Virus record (IMG/VR): IMGVR_UViG_3300025674_000024
Location: 21,660-85,659 of that record
Length of the DNA: 64,000 nt
Reading direction: 5' to 3' (one strand)
Origin: a virus
The position numbers and the translations under genes are program-made. The notes under the pieces are model-generated. The model searched no databases. It was given only the letters and a program-made list of their open reading frames with translations, and was not told the origin of the DNA. Below are positions 18,310 to 29,117 of the stretch, in pieces (within the stretch, counting starts at the first letter, position 1; every line of letters starts with the position of its first letter).

Positions 18310-18579
18310 TCAGTAAACCGCAAGAACGAGATGGGGTCCAGAAATTGTTTGTATGACTGTTGGAACAAAAGTTTGTCCCCCAACACCAATGGCGGCGGGA
18401 ATGATCTCACATGAAGTTTTTACTGTGAGAGATCCATTGATGGTTACGTCTTTACAAAAAATTGTCGATCTAGCTTGTTCTTTTACTGTTGGAGCGCCAG
18501 GCACCGAACTTCCGCATCCTAATTCATCATTAGTGTTAAATTGCGGCGTATTGAACTTGTTTCCATTAATTGAAGACAT
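18310..18579 (-). CDS. Small structural protein
   Basis: Follows the spike gene; KDVTINGSLTV beta-helix-like segment. Confidence 0.45.
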   Translation of the reverse strand: MSSINGNKFNTPQFNTNDELGCGSSVPGAPTVKEQARSTIFCKDVTINGSLTVKTSCEIIPAAIGVGGQTFVPTVIQTISGPHLVLAVY

Positions 18580-18581
18580 AG

Positions 18582-19319
18582 TTAGGCTCCTCCAAACCAG
18601 TCTGAGTCAAGTGGGTTATAGCTTTGATATGAGTAGGCTTCATCAGTTGTAGGAGCAACTTTATCCCAAATCGTTCCTTCATCCACGGGTTGCTCTCCGT
18701 CTCCGTCTGAGTCGGGTGGCTGTCGCCCGTCGTCTTGATCCTGATGAATGTGGTTAAGATCAATGTGTCTCACCCAAAAGTAAGTCCCCCTTCTTTTAAG
18801 ACAAACACACAACCAATCGCTGCCGCATGGTCCTCCCTCCTCAATACACATGCACCCGATATTCTCCTCCGTTGGAGGCGGAAGTTCTCCGGAGGGATAC
18901 ACCGACAAACGAGTCATAGCCGAGTTCATGGGCTGCTCGGCTTTCTCGAACTCGTTAGGGTCGAAGATTGGGTCGCCAAAGTTAAGGCGGTTGGGATCTC
19001 CGTTGCGAGGGACAATAGGAACCCGTGCCTTCTTGTCTACGAGAGCTTGAGGCTGCTTTCCTTTGAGAGGAACGATCGGATAGATCCAGTCCGTCTCGGT
19101 CGGTTCTCCCGCTTGATCGAAGTCTTTCCCTTGGAGAAACTCAGGATTGACTTCATCGAGGATGAGCCTCACACGCCCGAGTTCTTCGGGATCTTCCACG
19201 TCAATGACTGTCCCGTAGGTGTTCATCATCTGACCGCTAAGATTAGCGGCCTGCTGAGCACCACGGAACGATCTGAGGAGGACTCCGGCGAGTTGGTCTA
19301 CGTTGTGATTTGTTGACAT
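18582..19319 (-). CDS. Baseplate spike/hub (gpV/gp5 OB-fold)
   Basis: YGTVIDVEDPEELGRVRL...TDWI...NGDPN. Confidence 0.7.
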   Translation of the reverse strand: MSTNHNVDQLAGVLLRSFRGAQQAANLSGQMMNTYGTVIDVEDPEELGRVRLILDEVNPEFLQGKDFDQAGEPTETDWIYPIVPLKGKQPQALVDKKARVPIVPRNGDPNRLNFGDPIFDPNEFEKAEQPMNSAMTRLSVYPSGELPPPTEENIGCMCIEEGGPCGSDWLCVCLKRRGTYFWVRHIDLNHIHQDQDDGRQPPDSDGDGEQPVDEGTIWDKVAPTTDEAYSYQSYNPLDSDWFGGA

Positions 19320-19340
19320 GTTCCCTCTAGTTATGTCCTA

Positions 19341-19577
19341 TCAGCGATGCTTCTTCGCGCGTAGCGGGCGCTGAGAGATCTCGTACTTAGAGACGGGAGC
19401 AGCAGAAGCCTTTGGCGCGACGGCGGGTTCCGGGGCGGGCGCGGGAACTTCCGCTACAAACTCCTCTAAGTCCTCGCTCGCGGGCTCCTCCATCATCTCG
19501 TGGGTGATAAGATCCTCGGCGGGTTCTTCCTTGACGTAAGACCCAAAGCCGAAGCCACTTCCGTATGATTCTGTCAT
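19341..19577 (-). CDS. Acidic low-complexity hypothetical protein
   Basis: Coding-strand ORF with an upstream AGGTAAAA motif. Confidence 0.5.
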   Translation of the reverse strand: MTESYGSGFGFGSYVKEEPAEDLITHEMMEEPASEDLEEFVAEVPAPAPEPAVAPKASAAPVSKYEISQRPLRAKKHR

Positions 19578-19607
19578 GGTGCTTGTGATGTGTAGCTAGA
19601 TTTTACC

Positions 19608-22600
19608 TTAGGCTTGTCCGTACAGCACTGGCCCCTTGCATAAGGGAATTTCGTCGCTATGGAATAGATAACGAGACCTCGTGATGAACGGGACCTCTAC
19701 GAGCTTGGCGGGAGACGGCGTGACAATTCCTTCGAAGTCTTGTGTCAAGATCTCAAAGCCGCCCTCCGTGGTGATAGACTCATTAGAGATCTCAGGCTTG
19801 CAAATGACCTTCTCGCGGTGACAGAAGAATTTCGCCGGGTCGAACACCGGGTCGTCCGCCGCCGAAAGATCGGCGACAAAGTAAGCGTAGGAGACTGTGT
19901 AGTTTGTGAACGAGGCTTCGTCCGGATCGTCTGGAAATTCGATATTCGGGATGATTAGAGACGGAGCATCATTGACTTGGGGTTCCGTAGAGTCGTTAGG
20001 ACGGAGTCGGAACGTCTCAACGTCAGTGTCGAGGAAGCCGGTGAGTCTCTCTCCGCGGTCACTGAACTTAAAGTAAGAGCCTGGGCGAGTGCCGTCGGGA
20101 TTGAGCTTTCTCTCCTGGTACCCGTCGTAATCCAGCACAGCCGACAGAGTGAGTGGGGAAGAAGAATCAGGAGCCTCAAATGAGAGCACTGCATCCTCGA
20201 ACCCATCCTGTAGGAATGTATCGGACTTTTCCGTCGTGGAGATAAGGAAGTCCTCCACGTAGAAAGTCGCATAGTCGTCAAAGTCTTGCGGAGGCTCGTC
20301 GTACACCTCGTCGTAGAGGAGTGGGAGGACGTCCGTGACTGGCAGATTGGTATAAGAAGGCGGAAGCAAGCGCGAGAAGTAGGCTTGGTTAGCCATGACA
20401 CTCTCGGCGCGGTTCCAGAACTTCCCGTTCCGCTGGTAGTCCACCGGCAGACGAACGTGCTGGCGATACGATGCCACATCGTCTGGGCCGGTGTTCTCGT
20501 CCGCGATGAGCGGATTGACAAAAGCATTATCCAGCCCGGGATCGGAGACGTTGAGCACTCGGTTCTTCCAGATCCTGAGCGGATGCAGAGAGTGAGTCAC
20601 CGACGGGCGCATGCGCCAAGCCGGAGCGGAGAAGATGAGCTGGTCGAGACGAACTCTGATCGGCTCCACCGGGCACGGAAAGACTTCCGGATTGCCTGGG
20701 TCAAAGCATGGTTCGCAGAAGGGATCTATTTCCTTATCGTAATAGCCACTGTCCTTGTCTTCGGTGGGGAGCGGTGTGGTTTCGATGCGGCCATTGTCGA
20801 GAGTGCAAGCAACCTCGATGGGATCCGGGCTGTCGCCAGAGACACACGGGATGCAGTTTAGTGGCTCTGTGATCGGAATGAGAATGGCTGGGTCTACCGC
20901 AATGCTATCATCACCCTCAGTCGTTATCTCTAGCAAAGACTCCGTAGTAAGCTCAATGAGCACTGTGACTGCACCCGTGGAGAAAAACCCGTCATCAATT
21001 GGGGGTTCTGAGTAGGGAGTGCTAGATATAAAGGTGCTATTGTCTTGGACAACACAGTCAATTGGGGGAAGAGATCCTCCGGCAAAAGACCCGTTGTTGT
21101 AAGCGATGCAAATAAGGCCTGGAGGTTGGACTAAGTCGTACTCTGAATTGTCATAAAGAGTGCAAGTGTCAATTATGCCTCCATAGATAAGGACGGCGTC
21201 TTTTCCTGGGTCTGCGCCGTACACGTATTCCCCACCGTCAAGAGTTCCGCACTCCGCTCCGCACTCCGTATTGCTCAGGGGCGGTCGGAGAGGATTGATG
21301 CCGGGTTGGTACAATCCTCCATCAACAAATTCACAGTTAGGCGGGATGCTGCTCTCGTAATCGCAGTTGGGTACTACAATCTCGTCAAACACCCCGTCAT
21401 CAAACGAGAGGAAACCGTCGATCACCCCTCCGCTAACACAGTCGAGATCGGTCTGTCCTACGAAAGCGCGAGATCCTACTAACCTATCGTACTCTCCGTC
21501 GTCCGTACCCATCCAGGCGGCTTCAGCGGGGATCGGGAAGTAGGTGGAATTGTCGAGTGATGGGTCAAAGATCCACTCTACGCACGGGAAACGAGTCTCG
21601 CCGTAAGTCGTCTTAGCTTCGTACTCAAAGGACAGTTCTGATAGCTCGAGTCCGTCAAAAGCGATAGTATCCCCGTCATACCCGTCAGCATCAGTCCCTG
21701 ACGCCGCGATGAGGATCTCGTTCCCAACTCCCGCGTCCGTGTACAGAGTCGCTCCCGCTTCTCCCGCTACGTCTACGACGAGATCATCGAAGTCAATGGT
21801 CCTCTCGTAATCCTCAGGGAGGCCATCACAGACGGAGAAAGGATCTCGATCGTACAGACCGTCTCCTACCGAGTTGGTGAAGATGATTGGGAAGTCGTAG
21901 TCTCCACCGTCTAGGTAGAACTGCCCAAGGATCGAAGGGTACTCGCCGTTGTCGATGAAGCAGGTCGGTGGGAATAGAAATTGAACGCCGTTGCACCCGA
22001 TCGGGATACTCGTCTCTGGTCCCGGATCGGTCGCTATCTCGTTCGGTTCGGAATCAAAGTACTGCCTCAGAGTGAGGACATAGTTCGGTGTCTCGCATAC
22101 TCCGAACTCTGCGTCGGGCGGCTCGTAACACTCGCTGAGGTCCATCGAGCGGTCATCGATGGTAATCGCATCATCCCTCTCAGTAAAGAGCTCGGCTCTG
22201 CCCTGGTTGAATATCCCGACGTCCTCGATCGTTGATGTAGCCGTGCTCGGGTAGTCTCCGTTGTCTAGGAAGTCTACGGGAGGGTTGGTGATCAGCGCCT
22301 CGAAAGTTCCGTTGTCCGTGATCGTCGTAGACTCTTCGGGCCCGTCAGTCTCGAGTCCAAGGCCTACAAAGACTTCCGTGGTGCACGGACCGTCATCGAT
22401 GGACAGCTCCTGCCCGTTCTCTAAGAGAAGCTGCTCAAGATTCTGAGTCTCCAGGCGAATGATCTTCGTTTCCAGAGAGACTGTGGGTTGGTACAGCTCG
22501 TCACAGTCCTCTACCTTAAAGTTGTAGTGATCGGTAAGATAAGCAGTGGCCGGTCCGGGTTTCAGACCGACCATGTTTAGGAGGTCGACGATCGTCAGCT

Positions 22601-23387
22601 GAGAGAGAATGTCGTCAAGGCTGAGACCTTCTTCCTCGCTGAAGCCGTGAACGTCAAGAGCATCAAGAAGGAAGTGTGCGGAGATATGATTACCTTTGTT
22701 GCCCCAGACTCCGAAGAACTGTGACAGGAGCTGCTGGGAAGTCCAGTCGGAGATGTCACTCCACTCCTCGACAAAGAAGAGGAACGGCTTAGCGTCTGAG
22801 CCGTCCAAGAAGATTTGGATGCCAGACGGAGCCGCGTCGAGTAGGCGGACCGAAGTGATCCCCTGAGCGAGGTCCTGAGTGACAAACAGGGAAGAGTCAG
22901 TCTCGTTCGTAGTCCTCGCGTCCACGAGGCCGTCAAAGATGTACTCTCCTCCGGAGATCAACACCGGGGTCTCGGAGTATAGCAGTTCCTCGGGCTGGCC
23001 TAGCGGTACTAAGCCGACTCTCCCATCCTTCTCGAAGACGTGGAAGAGAAAGTCAGCCGAGGCTCTTACCTCGTCCCGACGGAACGGTGCTGGCCTATCT
23101 TCGTACGGCTTATCTTTGTCATATACACCAAACGTACCGACTTGGACCGCTCTCTTCTCAGACACCGTCTGAGGCAGTCCTTTCCACTTATATGAACCGT
23201 CCGTCGTCTGGATGCGCTTGCCCCAGTATCCGTCTCCGTTGAAGCCGAGGAGTTGGGCATTCCAATCCAACTGCCCGTTGACTCGGGAGAGAACTTTGTT
23301 GAGAGTTTCCTTCTGCTTATCTGTAAAGACCTCTGGCAGATGGCCTCTCAGCTCATACTGCTCCTTGTCAAATATAGGACGTGGCAT
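19608..23387 (-). CDS. Large acidic, Cys-rich baseplate/tail structural protein
   Basis: 1259 aa in the baseplate cluster; many D-[NDG]-G-x-[YF] repeats. Confidence 0.6.
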   Translation of the reverse strand: MPRPIFDKEQYELRGHLPEVFTDKQKETLNKVLSRVNGQLDWNAQLLGFNGDGYWGKRIQTTDGSYKWKGLPQTVSEKRAVQVGTFGVYDKDKPYEDRPAPFRRDEVRASADFLFHVFEKDGRVGLVPLGQPEELLYSETPVLISGGEYIFDGLVDARTTNETDSSLFVTQDLAQGITSVRLLDAAPSGIQIFLDGSDAKPFLFFVEEWSDISDWTSQQLLSQFFGVWGNKGNHISAHFLLDALDVHGFSEEEGLSLDDILSQLTIVDLLNMVGLKPGPATAYLTDHYNFKVEDCDELYQPTVSLETKIIRLETQNLEQLLLENGQELSIDDGPCTTEVFVGLGLETDGPEESTTITDNGTFEALITNPPVDFLDNGDYPSTATSTIEDVGIFNQGRAELFTERDDAITIDDRSMDLSECYEPPDAEFGVCETPNYVLTLRQYFDSEPNEIATDPGPETSIPIGCNGVQFLFPPTCFIDNGEYPSILGQFYLDGGDYDFPIIFTNSVGDGLYDRDPFSVCDGLPEDYERTIDFDDLVVDVAGEAGATLYTDAGVGNEILIAASGTDADGYDGDTIAFDGLELSELSFEYEAKTTYGETRFPCVEWIFDPSLDNSTYFPIPAEAAWMGTDDGEYDRLVGSRAFVGQTDLDCVSGGVIDGFLSFDDGVFDEIVVPNCDYESSIPPNCEFVDGGLYQPGINPLRPPLSNTECGAECGTLDGGEYVYGADPGKDAVLIYGGIIDTCTLYDNSEYDLVQPPGLICIAYNNGSFAGGSLPPIDCVVQDNSTFISSTPYSEPPIDDGFFSTGAVTVLIELTTESLLEITTEGDDSIAVDPAILIPITEPLNCIPCVSGDSPDPIEVACTLDNGRIETTPLPTEDKDSGYYDKEIDPFCEPCFDPGNPEVFPCPVEPIRVRLDQLIFSAPAWRMRPSVTHSLHPLRIWKNRVLNVSDPGLDNAFVNPLIADENTGPDDVASYRQHVRLPVDYQRNGKFWNRAESVMANQAYFSRLLPPSYTNLPVTDVLPLLYDEVYDEPPQDFDDYATFYVEDFLISTTEKSDTFLQDGFEDAVLSFEAPDSSSPLTLSAVLDYDGYQERKLNPDGTRPGSYFKFSDRGERLTGFLDTDVETFRLRPNDSTEPQVNDAPSLIIPNIEFPDDPDEASFTNYTVSYAYFVADLSAADDPVFDPAKFFCHREKVICKPEISNESITTEGGFEILTQDFEGIVTPSPAKLVEVPFITRSRYLFHSDEIPLCKGPVLYGQA

Positions 23388-23392
23388 AACTC

Positions 23393-23602
23393 TCAGTAAG
23401 TGCCGTTGTTAGCAAGAGCGGGAAGCGCGGATTCTATCAACTGCCTCTGATAGTCCACGTAGGCTTTAGTAGCTCCGTCATCATCCGCGTTGGGATAGAC
23501 GTTGACATCAGGCTCGAGCCCGGTGATGCGATTCCCTCTCATATCGAGAGTGCCGGTGATCTGTACTTGGGCTCCTGAGACTCTAGTATCTGCCATTGTC
23601 AA
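23393..23602 (-). CDS. Small fibre-repeat protein
   Basis: LDMRGNRITGL...DGATKAYVD fibre/adhesin-type motif. Confidence 0.6.
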   Translation of the reverse strand: MTMADTRVSGAQVQITGTLDMRGNRITGLEPDVNVYPNADDDGATKAYVDYQRQLIESALPALANNGTY

Positions 23603-25079
23603 GTGATGGGATCAGCTTAAAGTCCACGTAAAACTTCGTGGCAAGGTCTTCGTCCTCCGCGGGCTCGGAGAGGAAGATAATCTCTGACGGCTTAACCGAA
23701 GAGTTGGAGCGGTAGAAAGTTACGGCGTCTGCGAAGATGTCTACTCCGCCCGGGTCGGACCTGACCGTACGAGCGAGAGGGTCATCTTGAAGTTCGGCGT
23801 CTAAGATGACTTCCCAGCCGGGCTCAAGCTCGACGTAATCTGGGAAGATGATCTCTGCTCTCTGGATCTCCGACTCAAGCAGAAAGGTCTCCGAAGAGAG
23901 CTCGAGATACATATCTTCCGCCGCCGTTGGCGGAGCCATGTATTTAGTTGCGTACTCCGCTATATCAGTAACGAGAGAACGAAGGCTTGTATCTTGAAAG
24001 TCCGTAAGCCACTTCGCTACGGGTTCGTATTTCGTAGAGGTCTGACGGCGGAGGTCGTTGACTGTGACTACCTGTTGATCTTTTACCTCAATCTGAGCGA
24101 GGAGGATATAAGGACGGTTTATCTCGGCAAATTGATCATCCTCCAGAAAGGGTTCCACGGATGACACAGGGCCGCTAGGGCGCTGGTTGGGATAGAGCGC
24201 CTCGCCGGTGTAGCGAATGTCGGTGACATCCGCGATCCCATCCCAGAAGAAGAATCTCCAATAACGAGCCGGAGTATCACGTGAAACGTTAAATCTCCAG
24301 CTTCCGTCAAAGTATCTCTGATCGTCGAGAGTCCAGACAATCGCGTCGTTAGACGAGTATAGAGCGCATCGCCCTGTCGAGATTGAAGATCCGTTGAGAA
24401 AGAACTCTTCAGCCGTGACAGGGAGAGTGAAATCCACAGTGATGGAAGATCCCGTGAAGTAATTTCCCGTCGCTCCGTCCGGGTCGGGTCTCCAGCTACC
24501 GTCATCAACTTCCGAGAATGCGTACTCTACCGGAAAGTAGTTGGCTTCCGTAGATGCTTCATATAGGGATGGAGTGTTGCTAAGAGAGTAGTTTTCTACG
24601 CGGTAAAGGGCGTAGGAAGGATTTTCAGGTTGAGTGTAATTTAAGTAGTACCCTACCTGATAAACACCATCTTGGGCTCCGCCATCTACAATGGAGCGGA
24701 GATCGATAGCTAAGCCCGTGGTTAGGATTTGCCCGTAGGACCAAGTGATGGTGCCGCTTTGAATGACAAGTAAGGATCCATCATCCGGCAATCGACCTAC
24801 TTCCAAAGATCCGGGACCGGAAAGCTTTCCGAATTGCGGATCGATGTAAACTAAGCCAGTCTTAGCATCGCCGAAGTAGTCTAGACGATATTCTTCAGAA
24901 ACTCCAGGAAGACGGTCGTAAATTGGTCGACCGCTTGAATATCCCCAGACCGTAGGTTCTGGCTGTAATCTCTTAACTTCTCGAGACTCATCGGAAATGA
25001 TGTCAAATCGGGATAGTCCCGTAGACGCAGGAGCTACTTGTATCGGACCCAGCAAAGATTCAGGGAAAACTTCCGTCAT
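23583..25079 (-). CDS. Baseplate wedge/tail protein with discoidin-like domain
   Basis: IYDRLP; central AF...W...ITVDF...SNDAIVWT...ARYWRF discoidin-like pattern; follows the baseplate J gene. Confidence 0.55.
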   Translation of the reverse strand: MTEVFPESLLGPIQVAPASTGLSRFDIISDESREVKRLQPEPTVWGYSSGRPIYDRLPGVSEEYRLDYFGDAKTGLVYIDPQFGKLSGPGSLEVGRLPDDGSLLVIQSGTITWSYGQILTTGLAIDLRSIVDGGAQDGVYQVGYYLNYTQPENPSYALYRVENYSLSNTPSLYEASTEANYFPVEYAFSEVDDGSWRPDPDGATGNYFTGSSITVDFTLPVTAEEFFLNGSSISTGRCALYSSNDAIVWTLDDQRYFDGSWRFNVSRDTPARYWRFFFWDGIADVTDIRYTGEALYPNQRPSGPVSSVEPFLEDDQFAEINRPYILLAQIEVKDQQVVTVNDLRRQTSTKYEPVAKWLTDFQDTSLRSLVTDIAEYATKYMAPPTAAEDMYLELSSETFLLESEIQRAEIIFPDYVELEPGWEVILDAELQDDPLARTVRSDPGGVDIFADAVTFYRSNSSVKPSEIIFLSEPAEDEDLATKFYVDFKLIPSLDNGRY

Positions 25080-28000
25080 AAGGCAAGTGTACCTTCACCA
25101 TAGTTCACAGGCTTAAACTGAGTCTTATCCGGAGAGTAAGACAGCTCCAGAGGAGACGTAGAAGTAAGTGTGCTTTCCCAGACGTAGTTATAACTTGCTT
25201 TCTCGTTAGCTTTCGAGATGACACGTAGGCTAGTGATTCCTAACTTGGACGTAGAGATGGATGGCCCTAAGCGCGAGATTATCCTCTCAGCTCCCTCGGC
25301 TTTCACGGTGAACTTCAGGAGATTACCGAAGACCTCTTGAACTCGCGGAGAGTTTGGTTGGACTCCGGCCCATGAAGTGGTTGTGTCGGGAGGAGTGAAA
25401 GATCTTGTGACACGATAGAACTTCTGTGAGTAAGTCGTCGTGTCAAGGATGACATCCTCGTAGCGGTACGATGGATCGTAGTATCGGACGTTCTCTGCTC
25501 TGTCAGACCTCACGAAGACGCCGTTGTCAAAGTAGGTCTCGAGGTTCATAAGCGGAGTTACGTGCTCGGTAGCCTCGTACACGCGAACCGAAGAGCCGTT
25601 GCGGAAAGCCGCTGCGTCTCCCGGAGCGAAGCGGAACATCTCTCTGAAAGTCGGGATCCCGCCTCTTTCCTCGACCCACCTCTGGGAATTCCAGAAGTAA
25701 GTGCCGTAGTCCTCTCCGGCGGGTCCTAAGACTCTCAGAGTCTCTCCCGTGATAAGATCTCCTTTCGTCTCTATTTGTTCCTCGTCGATGAGGATTGATG
25801 TCAGAAGATCTGCGTTGATGATACGAATGGAGGAACCAGCATAGATCGTATAGTCGTAGCGGAACACGCTAGGCTCGACTTCCACGATGAGTCCTTGCTC
25901 AACCATCTCATTCACGTCCGTTGTGATCGGAGTGAAATCTACCAGAGCTTGGAAGTACCGAGGCAGTGGAAGGTTGCTCTCCAGAAGTCTCTTACAGCTT
26001 GGCGTAACATTGTCACACTCAGAAGCCTGGAGGAAGCAATCCTCAAGAGTGGAGGAATCAAACCCGCCGCGAGAACGGAAGCGGACATACTCTCCGAGAG
26101 CAAACCTAGACTTATACCTAAACTGCTTATTGGCAAACAAGGGACGAGCTGCGCAGTCCAAGTACTCGACGACTTGGATCACCTTCACTAGACCCGCCTC
26201 TACGAGGAGATCCACAGCTTCTTTGAAAGTCTGCTCTTCCTTCTTAGCGAAAGTGAAGTCTGTCAGTACTTCCAAGTAGACCTTTCTGAACCCTGTGAGA
26301 CGATCGGCGTAACATACGTCTTCGGAGACAATCCCAGTCAGGATCTGCTCTGGGTCGGGAGTGGAGAGGAAGTCCCCGGAAGAGTAGGATTCTCCCTGAG
26401 TGAGAAGCTCGATTTGGATCCTACGTGTCCCAATGTACCCCTCGTTCTGAGCGGTCCCTAAGTTAGTCAAGTCTGAGAGAGGAGTGAAGTTTCTTTTAGC
26501 CACCCAGACGGGATAGCCGGGACGACGATTAAGAGGGACAGCGGTGGGAGTGCGAGGCTCAAACACTTCGGTATTAAGATCCTCTCTTTCGAAAGCGATG
26601 ATCTGAGGATCGTATGCTCCGGCGCCATTAAGCGCTGTGATCCCCTCTCCGACGACATAATCTGAGAACGTCTTAGCCTCAGACAGCAGACCGTCTAGGA
26701 TGAGCGTGCTGGGAGTTCTTCTTCCGCTGAAGGTGAAGTCAACTAGGACGACGTGAAGAGTCGTGTCCTGATCGTTGAGGTTAGCGACGACATCGCCGGC
26801 TCTGTACTCTCCAACTTGAAGGTCTCGGATGATGCGGAAGTCCAAGTCTCCAATGTTGGAGTGGTAGGACTTAGTACCAGTGACGGGCGTGAAGTCCTGC
26901 TCGACGTTATAGTAGACCGGAAGAGTACCCGTGGAGTTCACCACGAGGTCTCCTGCCTTCAGGACCGTGCCAGTCTCAAAAGGCTGCGGTTCTGTGACCT
27001 CAAACTCTGACACGGCGATCGTACGTGGAGAGTGGTACGCCGTGAGAGAGGCGATGTCTGGGTCGATGTACCGCGAGGTAGTACCCAGAGTCAGAGAGAA
27101 AGCAGTTGCTAAAGCGCCTTCAACATCTGAGACGTTCGGTTCGTAACTGACCGGAAAGACTGCGTTGGGTGTGAGAATACCAAAGAGATCGTCCCGGACC
27201 GTACGAGTAAACTCCCTGAGATCCGCGGCGTAAGGCTTATTCGGGTCGTAATCGAGTGTCAGGGAGATGTCGACATCGTCCACTTCCATGGAGTAGACGG
27301 TACCTGTGAACTCTGTGGGGAGAGAGAAACGCAGAAGGTTCTGAAGTGCTCTGCGCTGACCGCTAGTGAGTGGAGTGCCGTCTGGGTTAAGGAGGAAGAA
27401 AGCAACGGAGGGCGTTCCACTTACGAAGTCTTCCGTGTAGCGGAAAGCGTCTTTTTCGGAACGACGTGGGAGCACGTTCACCGAGGCTCCGGCTCCGAGT
27501 GCATCTGAGAAGAAGTCGACCCAGTCCTCAGCGGACACGGGGTTGCGACGGCGGATGAGCGTGAAGAATCTCTCTTTGACTTCCGAGAGAAGCTCGACGT
27601 TCTGTCCGCCTACCGCCGCTTCCTCGTTTGTGACACCGAGGACTCCGGCCAGGGAAGTGACAGGCCGTATGATGGAATTCTTAGGGACATTTCCTCTTAC
27701 GCCCTTGAGGACGGCTACGGCTTGGACTTTACCCGTCGTCTCGTTGGGTGGGATGCGTAGCAATTCCGTAGTGACAAAAGAGATGGATTCACCTCCTGTC
27801 AGGTTGGGATCTGTGGCAACTTCAAATCCCGCAAAGATTACGAAATCTTGACTACGAGGAGCGATCTCAAATGTGAGATCAACTACACTTCCGGCACCCG
27901 TGCGTCGTTGAGCACCAAGAAATGGACCGATCCACTCGACGAGAACGGATTCCGGGAAGGAATTAGCGAATGAGAGAAGCTCGGCTTGAGCGAAAGCCTG

Positions 28001-28153
28001 ACCCTCCAATAGGGCCATGATCGGGGATCCGCTCGAGAAGTCGTTGATAGTCGCCCCGGATGTTTCATACACACGTTGGGCAGCGGCTGCGACTAGCTCG
28101 GACTCGTTCCTCGGGTCGAGCTCAATAGGAGGAAGAGGAGCGTAGTTCGGCAT
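25076..28153 (-). CDS. Baseplate J-like wedge protein (extended)
   Basis: LDPRNE...NDFSSGSP..ALLE; G..GNV; TNEEAAVGG..VE......R......R..VSAED. Confidence 0.85.
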   Translation of the reverse strand: MPNYAPLPPIELDPRNESELVAAAAQRVYETSGATINDFSSGSPIMALLEGQAFAQAELLSFANSFPESVLVEWIGPFLGAQRRTGAGSVVDLTFEIAPRSQDFVIFAGFEVATDPNLTGGESISFVTTELLRIPPNETTGKVQAVAVLKGVRGNVPKNSIIRPVTSLAGVLGVTNEEAAVGGQNVELLSEVKERFFTLIRRRNPVSAEDWVDFFSDALGAGASVNVLPRRSEKDAFRYTEDFVSGTPSVAFFLLNPDGTPLTSGQRRALQNLLRFSLPTEFTGTVYSMEVDDVDISLTLDYDPNKPYAADLREFTRTVRDDLFGILTPNAVFPVSYEPNVSDVEGALATAFSLTLGTTSRYIDPDIASLTAYHSPRTIAVSEFEVTEPQPFETGTVLKAGDLVVNSTGTLPVYYNVEQDFTPVTGTKSYHSNIGDLDFRIIRDLQVGEYRAGDVVANLNDQDTTLHVVLVDFTFSGRRTPSTLILDGLLSEAKTFSDYVVGEGITALNGAGAYDPQIIAFEREDLNTEVFEPRTPTAVPLNRRPGYPVWVAKRNFTPLSDLTNLGTAQNEGYIGTRRIQIELLTQGESYSSGDFLSTPDPEQILTGIVSEDVCYADRLTGFRKVYLEVLTDFTFAKKEEQTFKEAVDLLVEAGLVKVIQVVEYLDCAARPLFANKQFRYKSRFALGEYVRFRSRGGFDSSTLEDCFLQASECDNVTPSCKRLLESNLPLPRYFQALVDFTPITTDVNEMVEQGLIVEVEPSVFRYDYTIYAGSSIRIINADLLTSILIDEEQIETKGDLITGETLRVLGPAGEDYGTYFWNSQRWVEERGGIPTFREMFRFAPGDAAAFRNGSSVRVYEATEHVTPLMNLETYFDNGVFVRSDRAENVRYYDPSYRYEDVILDTTTYSQKFYRVTRSFTPPDTTTSWAGVQPNSPRVQEVFGNLLKFTVKAEGAERIISRLGPSISTSKLGITSLRVISKANEKASYNYVWESTLTSTSPLELSYSPDKTQFKPVNYGEGTLAL

Positions 28154-28584
28154 TAGAAGAAGCCTTCGTCGACGACCGGAAAGTTATTGATTCTTTCGTT
28201 GAGAATTTGTTTTGTGATTGTGTCTTGTTGGTCTAACTGAGCGTACTTCACAAGAAAGCTCTGACCCGAACCTCCCTGACTGTACTTAGCGTTAGTACTC
28301 CAGAAGAGAGGAGCGCTCGCCGGGTTAGTGTTGACTTGGTCCCCGAACTGCACGAGGCCCATAAAGCTCTTACGTCCGGTGATCGGAGTAGACCCGTAGC
28401 TTTGGTCAGTCTCGAGAGTCATGAAGACTCTATCTAAGCCCGTGTCTCCACCGCGCTGAATGTCGTTCGCGTTAATCGGGGAGAAGTGCCAATCCGTATC
28501 GGCGCCATCGAATTTTAGTTCCCGGGCCCCATTTAGCCACTGAGACGTGACAATTACTCCCGGCCCAAACAGGGTTTTACTCAC
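28153..28584 (-). CDS. Tail/baseplate protein
   Basis: KTLF..GVIVTSQWLN fibre-type N-terminus. Confidence 0.55.
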   Translation of the reverse strand: MSKTLFGPGVIVTSQWLNGARELKFDGADTDWHFSPINANDIQRGGDTGLDRVFMTLETDQSYGSTPITGRKSFMGLVQFGDQVNTNPASAPLFWSTNAKYSQGGSGQSFLVKYAQLDQQDTITKQILNERINNFPVVDEGFF

Positions 28585-28628
28585 AGTTTACTTCTGATGG
28601 GGTTCTCTACGAATTTTACCCTCACACT

Positions 28629-28651
28629 AAAAAGCCCCGCCGAAGCGAGGC
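28629..28651 (-). terminator. Terminator after the tail tube gene
   Basis: Minus strand GCCTCGC-TTCG-GCGGGGC-TTTTT. Confidence 0.8.
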
Positions 28652-28694
28652 CGAAGGGATAAGTTTAAGCGGACCAACTATGGGGCTAAGTACC

Positions 28695-29117
28695 TCACGA
28701 ATATGTCCAGTCATTGACTGTGAACACCAGTTCGATGGTGCCCACGTCGCCGGACTCCCGGTCCATCTCAGCCACGGTCAGCTGTTGAAGCTGGCAGCCG
28801 CTGAGAACGTAGGGGGTGCTGTTGCTATTATCGCCGTTACATGTCGTCGGTTGGACCGTGATGGTGATGAACTCGCAGTTGTAATCTGCCCAAACCTGCT
28901 CGATCGCGTGAGCGAGAGCGGGATCGTAAGGTGCGGTGAGGGTGACGTCGTCCACGGAGCGAGGACCCACAACTTTGTAGATGCGGTTACCGGTGCCGTT
29001 GGCATACTGTCCGCTCTCCGCCGTATCCACGATCCCAGAGAACTGAGTCCAGATCGTCTCCAGTCCGGAGATGGTGACGATGAACGCTGACTTTGGAATT
29101 GGAATGATGACTGGCAT
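28695..29117 (-). CDS. Tail tube protein
   Basis: 140 aa; WTQFSG...KVVGP....DVTLT..YD...L.GC...EMDRES...IELVF tube-like pattern. Confidence 0.7.
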   Translation of the reverse strand: MPVIIPIPKSAFIVTISGLETIWTQFSGIVDTAESGQYANGTGNRIYKVVGPRSVDDVTLTAPYDPALAHAIEQVWADYNCEFITITVQPTTCNGDNSNSTPYVLSGCQLQQLTVAEMDRESGDVGTIELVFTVNDWTYS

